Positions 8,048 through 15,517 of a stretch of DNA of 32,000 nucleotides are shown here, piece by piece (the stretch's first letter is position 1; the number at the start of each line of letters is the position of its first letter). The translations under genes and the position numbers were made by a program. Source of the stretch: Candidatus Brocadia sp. (GTDB taxonomy: Bacteria > Planctomycetota > Brocadiia > Brocadiales > Brocadiaceae); NCBI GenBank assembly GCA_021650915.1, contig CP091279.1, forward strand, positions 2,070,001 to 2,102,000, read 5' to 3'. The notes under the pieces are model-generated. The model did not search any database, was not told the origin of the DNA, and saw nothing but the letters and a program-made list of their open reading frames with translations.

Positions 8048-9238
8048 ATGGCGGACGAATTGACTTATGCATTGATTACCCCCTACAGCCTTTTAAAGAG
8101 TCGTACCGGCGGCATTTTAGGCCGTTTGCTTTCATTGTCAAATCTGGATTTTGTCGGGGCAACCATGTTTGCGCCAAGCGATGCCTTTGTTGATAAATAT
8201 GCTGCTACCATTGAGGAACAAGACTGCAAACCGGCCTGGAAAAAAGTCATGAAAGATTATATCAACAGCAATTTCCGGAAGGTAAACAAGTTTGGCATTA
8301 CGAACCGGATGGTATTGCTCTTCTTTCGGGGTCCCCGCGCCCTTGAAAAGTTGAAGGATGAAGTGATCGGGCCTATTACCAGCTTTCAGGGGCATACCAT
8401 TCGGGGAAGCTTTGGGGACTTTGTGGAGAGTTCGGATGGTAAAATAGAATATTTTGAGCCGGCGGTAGTGTCTGCCGCAGACCATCGCACCAACGACAAA
8501 CAATTGGCCTTATTTGCTGAATATTTGTCAAGCGATGGGGGAGTTTTAGAGGATATTGTAAAGTTTTCCGAAGGGGTGAAGGCTGAAACAACCCTGGTTA
8601 TTCTCAAGCCTTTTGAGGAACAAAGTCCATTGCCGGGAAATATGATTGATATGTTTTCAAGAACGGGTTTGTTTATTGTCGGGGTAAAGCTTTTGAGGAT
8701 GAGCATTAACCAGGCAGATGAATTTTACGGCCCGTTAATCAATATCTTTCGTGAAAAACTCAAGCCCAAACCAGAAAAGATTGCTGGAAAGCTCAGGGAA
8801 AGTTTTCAGTCTGTCTTTACCTTCGAAGTGCCAAACGCGATTGTGAATAGTCACGCGGAACAATTATCAGAACAGCTTAAAGATATGAACGCTATGAACG
8901 AATTCAACAAGATCGTGCAGTATATGACGGGGTTGGACCCGGTAAAGTCAAGTCCGGCGGATAAGAAAAAACCAGGCACTGCCCGTTGTCTTGCCTTGTT
9001 GTATCGTGGCCCGGACGCCATTTCCAAGATACGGAATATCCTCGGCCCCACAGACTCAAAGAAGGGCGAACCAGGCAAGGTCCGCAGGATTTATGGGGAA
9101 GACATCATGAAGAACGCAGCGCACGCCTCAGATGCCGTAGAAAATGCCGAACACGAACGAAAGATTATCGGGTTGTGGGATAACACGAGCGCCGATGAGC
9201 TGAAAGAGATGATCCAAAGTTATTTGCGAACAAAGTGA
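8048..9238 (+). CDS. tandem nucleoside-diphosphate-kinase-like protein (degenerate N-terminal NDK-like domain plus C-terminal NDK domain with a large insertion)
   Basis: The track ORF (7931-) reads through the tRNA. The real start is the ATG at 8048, preceded by GGAG. The C-terminal half has TTLVILKPFE..., FYGP, and GPTDSKKGEPGKVRRIYGEDIMKNAAHASDAVENAEHE, which corresponds to the NDK NxxHGSD histidine motif. The N-terminal half repeats the fold pattern without the His. Confidence 0.75.
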   Translation: MADELTYALITPYSLLKSRTGGILGRLLSLSNLDFVGATMFAPSDAFVDKYAATIEEQDCKPAWKKVMKDYINSNFRKVNKFGITNRMVLLFFRGPRALEKLKDEVIGPITSFQGHTIRGSFGDFVESSDGKIEYFEPAVVSAADHRTNDKQLALFAEYLSSDGGVLEDIVKFSEGVKAETTLVILKPFEEQSPLPGNMIDMFSRTGLFIVGVKLLRMSINQADEFYGPLINIFREKLKPKPEKIAGKLRESFQSVFTFEVPNAIVNSHAEQLSEQLKDMNAMNEFNKIVQYMTGLDPVKSSPADKKKPGTARCLALLYRGPDAISKIRNILGPTDSKKGEPGKVRRIYGEDIMKNAAHASDAVENAEHERKIIGLWDNTSADELKEMIQSYLRTK

Positions 9239-9240
9239 GC

Positions 9241-9915
9241 ATGCTGATACATAAGATAAACGTAGGACCTTTGCAGGTATGCTGCTACATTGTGGCAGAT
9301 CAGGGCGTCGCTGAGGCGATGGTTATTGATCCTGGCGCAGATGCGGAAGTGATTATTGGTTTTTTGAAAAAGCATCGCCTGTTTCTGAAATATATTGTCA
9401 TCACCCATGGACATGGCGACCATATTGGCGCCAACGCCGAACTAAAAAAAGCCTTTCCTGATGTGCACATCTGTGTCCACGAGGCAGATCAGGATATGCT
9501 TCCTTATCCGGCAAAAAATCTTTCCATCCTCGCCGCTTTTTATGGAGGCACAACGGTGCGGTCGCCTGTTCCAGACCGCTTGCTGAAAGACGGGGATACT
9601 GTTGCTGTCGGAAACTATGCCTTCAAAATCATCCACACCCCGGGACACTCACCGGGTGGCATCTGCCTATACTATAGCAATCCGGAGGATAAAAATCCCC
9701 CCGTACTGTTTTCAGGGGACACCCTTTTCAAGGAGGGCGTTGGCAGGACAGATTTTCCTGGTTGCAGCGAAAAGAAACTCATCCATGCCATTAAGGAGCG
9801 ATTGTTTGTGCTGGACGAAAGAACGATTGTGTACCCTGGTCACGGGCCATCCACGACGATTGCGGAAGAAAAGAAAAATAATCCTTTTGTCACTGAGGTA
9901 ACTCTCCATGGTTGA
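9241..9915 (+). CDS. MBL-fold metallo-hydrolase (glyoxalase II / hydroxyacylglutathione hydrolase-like)
   Basis: Has the ITHGHGDH motif (HxHxDH), then HTPGHSPGG, then GDTLF. About 224 aa. A GTG at 9235 overlapping the upstream stop is an alternative start. Confidence 0.85.
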   Translation: MLIHKINVGPLQVCCYIVADQGVAEAMVIDPGADAEVIIGFLKKHRLFLKYIVITHGHGDHIGANAELKKAFPDVHICVHEADQDMLPYPAKNLSILAAFYGGTTVRSPVPDRLLKDGDTVAVGNYAFKIIHTPGHSPGGICLYYSNPEDKNPPVLFSGDTLFKEGVGRTDFPGCSEKKLIHAIKERLFVLDERTIVYPGHGPSTTIAEEKKNNPFVTEVTLHG

Positions 9916-12427
9916 AAGAAGAGAAAACATAAAAGAATTATTCATCGAAGAAGAGATGAAAGATTCATATCTGAGCTACGCCATGAGCGTCATCATGAGC
10001 CGTGCGCTTCCCGATGTAAGGGACGGGCTGAAGCCTTCACAGCGGCGCATCCTGGTAGCCATGAACGATCTCGGTCTTGGTCCCCGTTCCAAATTCCGGA
10101 AATGCGCCAAGATTGCAGGCGATACCACCGGCAATTACCATCCACACGGAGAACAGGTGGTTTACCCCACCCTCGTCCGCATGGCTCAGGATTTTAATTA
10201 CCGGTATCCGCTGATTGAGGGGCAGGGGAACTTTGGCTCCATTGATGGCGACCCTCCTGCGGCAATGCGTTACACCGAGGCCCGCATGACTGAAGCAACG
10301 ATGATTATTATGGAAGATTTGGAGAGGGAGACCGTTGATTATGTGCCCAACTATGATGATACCCGGACGGAACCGATCGTCCTTCCTTCGAAATTTCCCA
10401 ATCTGCTGTGTAACGGATGCTCCGGTATTGCGGTTGGAATGGCCACGAGCGTTCCGCCTCATAACGTAAATGAGATCTGCGACGGAATTGTTGCCGTGAT
10501 TGACAATCCGGAGATTACCGTTGATGAGCTGATGAAAATCATTAAGGGGCCCGATTTCCCGACGGGGGCTCTCATTTGCGGTACGCAGGGGATCAGGGAT
10601 GGATACCGGACGGGGCGCGGAACGATTATCGTTCGGGCGCGGGCGCATACCGAAACGTCCAAGAACGGAAAGAAGAGCATCGTCGTGACAGAGATTCCCT
10701 ATCAGCTGAACCGCGACAATATTCTGGAACGGATTGCCGAACTGGTGCGGGATGACCAGATTAAAGGGATTTCTGATATCCGCAACGAAAGCGACCGGGA
10801 AGGAAGCCGCCTGGTCATTGATCTGAAGAAAGGGGAGGACGAAGAGGTTGTTTTAAATCAACTCTACAAACACACAAAACTCCAGGATAGTTTCAGCATC
10901 ATCATGATTGCCCTGATCAATAATCGGCCGGAAACGCTTAACCTGAAACAGATGCTGGTCTACTATATCGAGCACCGAAAAGTTGTCATCATACGAAGAA
11001 CAAAATATTTACTGGAAAAGGCCCAGGCCAGGGCTCATATCCTGGAGGGGCTACGGATCGCCCTTCAAAATATTGACCGGATCATCCAGTTGATCAAGAC
11101 CTCCGATTCTATTGAAACTGCACGGCGGGGACTCATGAGTGAATTCTCCCTCTCGGAACTTCAGGCAAACGCCATTCTGGATATGAAACTTCAGCGGTTA
11201 ACGGGACTCGAGCAGGGAAAGATCGAGGAAGAGTATAAAAAATTATGCGCCGATATCAGGGGATATCAGGCCATCCTGGCGAATGAAAAGCTGGTGTTTG
11301 ACCTTATTAAAAAAGACGTTGATGAAGTAAAGGAACGCTTTGGCGACAAACGCCGCACAGAGATCGTTGGCGCCGTTACTGAGTTGAATATGGAAGACCT
11401 CATTGCCGAGGAAAGCGTTGCCGTTATTATCAGCCATGAAGGCTATATCAAGCGGTTGCCCCTCACTTCGTACCGGAAGCAGCACCGTGGCGGCAAGGGT
11501 GTCTCCGGCGCTGACATGAAGGAAGGGGATTTTATTGAGCATTTGTTTGTTGCCTCAACCCATGACTATATCCTGTTTTTCACCGACCAGGGACGGGTCT
11601 ACTGGCTCAAGGTATATGATGTGCCGCAAATGGCCAGAACGGCGAAGGGAAGGGCGCTTATCAACTTGTTAGAATTGAAGGAAGACGAAAACGTAACTTC
11701 CCTCATTCCCGTAAGGGATTTTGACGAACGGCAACTGGTTATGGCAACCAGGAATGGGATTGTGAAAAAGACGGTGCTTAGCGCTTACGGTAATCCGAAG
11801 AAGGGCGGTATTATTGCCATTAACCTGGATGAAGGGGATAAATTAATTGGAGTGAAATTAACCCATGGCAAACAGGACATTATCCTTGGCACCGAACAGG
11901 GAAAGGCGATGCGTTTCTCCGAAGAGGACGTCAGAACCATGGGACGCGTTACGCATGGGGTAAAAGGAATTACCCTCAAGGAGGATGACAAGGTAAGGGA
12001 CATCGTGATTGTGGACGAGCAGGCAACGCTGCTGACGGTTTGCGAAAAGGGGTTCGGGAAGCGCACCGATTTTGCCGAGTATCCCGTTCATCGCCGGGGA
12101 GGACTGGGCGTCATTAATATTAAAACGACCGAAAGAAATGGAAAGGTTGTTGCGTTGATTGATGTGAGAGACGAAGACGAGCTGATCATGATTACCGCGC
12201 GGGGACAGGTGATCCGCACCCCGGTAAATACCATCCGCTCCATCGGAAGGAATACCCAGGGGGTTACCCTCTTTTCTATTGAAGATGGAGACAAACTGGT
12301 TTCCGTTGCGCGCGTTGCCCCGGAAGAGGTGAAGGCCGGAGATAACGCTGAAGAAGCTGCAAGGGCAGGAGCAGACACAGAAGAAATACCTGACGAAAGC
12401 CCACAGGAGGATGGTGATGAAGGGTAA
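9908..12427 (+). CDS. gyrA: DNA gyrase subunit A
   Basis: [26 protein letters not shown], the active-site Tyr context [11 protein letters not shown]-terminal beta-pinwheel repeats and an acidic tail. The ATG overlaps the upstream stop (ATGGTTGA). Confidence 0.97.
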   Translation: MVERRENIKELFIEEEMKDSYLSYAMSVIMSRALPDVRDGLKPSQRRILVAMNDLGLGPRSKFRKCAKIAGDTTGNYHPHGEQVVYPTLVRMAQDFNYRYPLIEGQGNFGSIDGDPPAAMRYTEARMTEATMIIMEDLERETVDYVPNYDDTRTEPIVLPSKFPNLLCNGCSGIAVGMATSVPPHNVNEICDGIVAVIDNPEITVDELMKIIKGPDFPTGALICGTQGIRDGYRTGRGTIIVRARAHTETSKNGKKSIVVTEIPYQLNRDNILERIAELVRDDQIKGISDIRNESDREGSRLVIDLKKGEDEEVVLNQLYKHTKLQDSFSIIMIALINNRPETLNLKQMLVYYIEHRKVVIIRRTKYLLEKAQARAHILEGLRIALQNIDRIIQLIKTSDSIETARRGLMSEFSLSELQANAILDMKLQRLTGLEQGKIEEEYKKLCADIRGYQAILANEKLVFDLIKKDVDEVKERFGDKRRTEIVGAVTELNMEDLIAEESVAVIISHEGYIKRLPLTSYRKQHRGGKGVSGADMKEGDFIEHLFVASTHDYILFFTDQGRVYWLKVYDVPQMARTAKGRALINLLELKEDENVTSLIPVRDFDERQLVMATRNGIVKKTVLSAYGNPKKGGIIAINLDEGDKLIGVKLTHGKQDIILGTEQGKAMRFSEEDVRTMGRVTHGVKGITLKEDDKVRDIVIVDEQATLLTVCEKGFGKRTDFAEYPVHRRGGLGVINIKTTERNGKVVALIDVRDEDELIMITARGQVIRTPVNTIRSIGRNTQGVTLFSIEDGDKLVSVARVAPEEVKAGDNAEEAARAGADTEEIPDESPQEDGDEG

Positions 12428-12551
12428 CGCCTATCGTGTTGGCACAGGCTATAGGTTATAGTATTATCGTATAAAATCTTTCTTTTTTTGCAAGTTTTTT
12501 TTCAACCCTATTTACCCTTTATCAGAAAGTGCAGTTTGTTTATAAAAGAAG

Positions 12552-12635
12552 GATTGCTTCGCTCGCAATGACAACGTACCGTATGTCATCAAAGACATAG
12601 CCAGTGTCATTGCGAGGGTCTTGTCCGAAGCAATC
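12552..12635. repeat. long imperfect inverted repeat (hairpin element) in the gyrA-GT2 intergenic region
   Basis: The left arm GATTGCTTCGCTCGCAATGACA (12552-12573) is complementary to TGTCATTGCGAG (12605-12616) plus CGAAGCAATC (12626-12635). The right arm carries a 9-nt insertion. The loop contains a small internal hairpin (TATGTC/GACATA). Confidence 0.8.
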
Positions 12636-12892
12636 TCCCGCTTTCACAACGGGGAATTGGTTGAGATGGCGCCGTGTTATGGAATTTAAAAGTAAGTATG
12701 ACATACCCTTCCTGAATCCCCCCTTAATAAAAAAAGCAAGGGGCTTATTTACGTTTGTTCTGTATCTCAAAATTGCTGCCGAGGACAACCTCATTCTTCA
12801 AAAATACCCAATCCTTTGAAGCTGTCACTCCAAAAAATTATCTTCCCATTCTTTGTTGGCTCAAGAGAAACACGATCAAGAGATACCTGGTA

Positions 12893-13684
12893 ATGGATCA
12901 GAAATTCCCGCTATCGGCCTGTATTATCACGTTCAACGAAGAATCACGCATCCGCGATTGCCTTGAGAGTGTGAAGTGGGTGGATGAGATTATCGTGGTG
13001 GATTCATTGAGCACCGACAAGACGGTGGATATTTGCAGGGAATATTCTGACAAGGTGTATCAACGCGCATGGCCGGGTAATATCGACCAGAAAAATTATG
13101 CCATGGGTCTGGCGAAAAATGACTGGATCCTTAGTCTGGATGCCGATGAGCGGTTGTCGCCAGGACTTATTGGAGAAATTCAGGATGCTATCCGTAATCC
13201 GGGTAATATCCTGGGGTTCTTTTTCCCACGACGCAGTTTCTATTTAGGCCGGTGGATTTACCATGGGGAGTGGTATCCTGATTATCAGTTGCGACTCTTC
13301 AGGAGGGGCAGCGGACAGTGGCAAGGCACAAATCCCCATGGGCGCGTTGTCGTAGCGGGGAAGGCCAGATATATGAAACACGATCTTTATCACTTCAATT
13401 ATAAAAACTTTGCGCACCAGTTGCGGACGATAGACAACTATTCCACGATCTTTGCTGACATTATGGCCGATCGTGGCAAGGGCTTTGGCCTGTTCAAACT
13501 CCTCTTTCAACCCCTGTACAAATTTATTAAAGGATATTTTTTCAAGAGGGGTTTTCTGGATGGCCTGCCTGGCTTTATTATCGCAACTTCGAGCGCCTTC
13601 TATATTTTTACAAAACAGGTAAAGCTCTGGGAACGGTCACAGAACCGTGAGACAAAAAAAGCCAGCGAAGAGAGCAAAAGGTAG
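12893..13684 (+). CDS. family 2 glycosyltransferase (LPS-core type, WaaE/KdtX-like)
   Basis: The track ORF starts at 12755, but the conserved domain begins at the ATG at 12893 (MDQKFPLSACIITFNEESRIRDCLESV...IIVVDSLSTDKT...LSLDADE, with the DxD motif). Confidence 0.85.
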   Translation: MDQKFPLSACIITFNEESRIRDCLESVKWVDEIIVVDSLSTDKTVDICREYSDKVYQRAWPGNIDQKNYAMGLAKNDWILSLDADERLSPGLIGEIQDAIRNPGNILGFFFPRRSFYLGRWIYHGEWYPDYQLRLFRRGSGQWQGTNPHGRVVVAGKARYMKHDLYHFNYKNFAHQLRTIDNYSTIFADIMADRGKGFGLFKLLFQPLYKFIKGYFFKRGFLDGLPGFIIATSSAFYIFTKQVKLWERSQNRETKKASEESKR

Positions 13685-13695
13685 GTTCGTATTCA

Positions 13696-15192
13696 ATGCA
13701 ATTCTTTCGGCAGGTATTGAGTTTTTTTTATTCCCCTTTTTCCATACCGGACCCTTCTGCGTTTACCGGATACCTGTCAAAGACAATCGGCCACGTTCAT
13801 TGGCTTATCCATAGTCAGCACTCTTTTCTCGTTCCGTTTCTTGAACAGGTGAAAGATGCCACCACGGCAACCCTCCTGGCAACCCCCCGCGTGAGACGGC
13901 ATCAATATAAAAAGATGGGTGAATTTGAAATTACCCATGAAGGCAGAAGAGAGCCATATCTCGTAAAAATATATAACTACCCCCATCTGCTTCAAAAGAT
14001 GAAACAGTGCTTCAAGCATACAAGGGGATTTCATGAATTTAATACCACCTACCTGGCATCGACAAGGGGGATTCCGGTAGAGGTACCTGTTGCCTGCGGA
14101 GAACGAAAATATTTCTTCACAAAGGAATCCTACCTAATCATACGAAAAATCAGCCACAGTCAGTCGATACGGGAGTATTTTAGGGGCAATACCCCACTGA
14201 AAGAAAGAAGGGATATCTTGAGGAAATTCGGCTGCCTTGCAAAGAAGATGCATGAAGCAGGGATACAGCAGGATGCCTTTTCCCTGGATAATTTTTTGGT
14301 GTATGATGAAAACGGAAGCAAAAAGATCATCGTCATCGATTTCGAAATGGTATCCGTGCGCCCAAAAAGTCTTCCGGTAAAGCTTTGCTTCTGGTATCTG
14401 GCTAAACTAAACCGTGAAAAGGGCAATTTTACCAACACTGAACGCATCCGATTCCTCCTGTCGTATATGAGCTACGATTATGCCCAATGGAAAATAGTCG
14501 CAAAGCACATCGAGTCTATGACCGTGCAGATACAAAAGATTGGGGCAAAAAAAGTATCACGACTTTGCGTCCGTAGAAATAAAAAATTTGGCGTCTTCAA
14601 AAGCGTCCGGTTTCATGGATTTTACCGGAGAACTTATTCAAAAGAAACCCTGGAAAATGCGCTGCACACTATGGAAGAAACAGGAAAGGATGAGATTTCG
14701 GTAAATCATCTGAAAATCTTACGGTTGACTCAAAACAGTCCTTCCGGGTCCGGCAATCGTAGCCTGAAACAACTATGGATAAGTGCGAACATCTTGTTTG
14801 CATTAAAAATTGACGTACCCGTTCCTGTGGGTGTTTTTAAAAGACGGCTCTCAAATGGGCGGAAAAAAGGATTCCTTATCTCCGGGATGCCGGATAACTG
14901 CATCCCCTTGAGTCAGTGCCATGATTTGTTTTCTGATCAAAAGCTTTTGTTTTCCCTGGCAAGGCTTGCAGAACAAGTTTCACCCTTTGGCGTCCTGAGC
15001 AAGGACTTAAGCTGTCAGGACATCCTCGTCCGGACGCAGGGGAACCGCACTCGATGTTATCTGGCAAATTATTATTCCTTTTCGATCAACCGGCTTCCGG
15101 GAGAAACGAACAAGCCGGTCAATATGCAGACAATCAGGAACCTATTTCAGACGCACCAGCAGATCAATGATCCCAGGCGGAAGCGCCTCTGA
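13696..15192 (+). CDS. lipopolysaccharide-kinase (Kdo/WaaP/InaA, PF06293-like) family protein with a second degenerate repeat of the fold
   Basis: The N-terminal half has LVKIYNY...GFHEFNTTYLASTRGIPVEVPVACGE...SYLIIRKI...LAKKMHEAGIQQDAFSLDNFLVYDENGSKKIIVIDFE, which follows the LPS-kinase pattern. The C-terminal half repeats a similar pattern. It lies adjacent to the GT2 gene. Confidence 0.6.
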   Translation: MQFFRQVLSFFYSPFSIPDPSAFTGYLSKTIGHVHWLIHSQHSFLVPFLEQVKDATTATLLATPRVRRHQYKKMGEFEITHEGRREPYLVKIYNYPHLLQKMKQCFKHTRGFHEFNTTYLASTRGIPVEVPVACGERKYFFTKESYLIIRKISHSQSIREYFRGNTPLKERRDILRKFGCLAKKMHEAGIQQDAFSLDNFLVYDENGSKKIIVIDFEMVSVRPKSLPVKLCFWYLAKLNREKGNFTNTERIRFLLSYMSYDYAQWKIVAKHIESMTVQIQKIGAKKVSRLCVRRNKKFGVFKSVRFHGFYRRTYSKETLENALHTMEETGKDEISVNHLKILRLTQNSPSGSGNRSLKQLWISANILFALKIDVPVPVGVFKRRLSNGRKKGFLISGMPDNCIPLSQCHDLFSDQKLLFSLARLAEQVSPFGVLSKDLSCQDILVRTQGNRTRCYLANYYSFSINRLPGETNKPVNMQTIRNLFQTHQQINDPRRKRL

Positions 15193-15241
15193 CAATGCCA
15201 GGGAGCATTCCCGATTTCTTGTAAACCCACAGTTTGAAGGG

Positions 15242-15295
15242 GTAGTGCAGGCATCTTGCCTGCATCGTTGGATACAGGCAAGATGCCTGCGCTAC
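15242..15295. repeat. 21-bp-stem hairpin immediately downstream of the LPS-kinase-like gene
   Basis: GTAGTGCAGGCATCTTGCCTG (15242-15262) pairs with CAGGCAAGATGCCTGCGCTAC (15275-15295) across a 12-nt loop. One position is a G-U wobble. No U-tract follows. Confidence 0.85.
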
Positions 15296-15517
15296 AGTAT
15301 TCTTCGGCCCAGGGTAACGTCAAAGTCATGCTAGGCAAAAAAGGGGGAGTGTCAGGGCAAGGGAAAGAAGGAGTTTGAAGAGGGAAAAACGAGCAAAGAC
15401 ACGAAAAGATGACAAAAAGTGGCATAAAAGACGAGGGAATCCCCACGTGCCTCGAATGGGCATGGGAAATAAGGGATGAAATGGGGAGAAAGAGGCGTTA
15501 TAAGCGAAGGAGTTTTA

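Noticed and set aside
12540-12819. ORFs 12540-12794 (-) and 12604-12819 (+)
   Set aside because: They overlap each other and read through the palindromic repeat at 12552-12635. They have no start context or recognisable motif and are most likely artefacts of the repeat.
15147-15446. ORF 15147-15446 (-), 99 aa
   Set aside because: It is the antisense translation of the hairpin (…AGKMPALP…) and of the GA-rich tract, which gives a Pro/Ser/Phe-rich product. It also overlaps the 3' end of the LPS-kinase-like gene. I judged it spurious.
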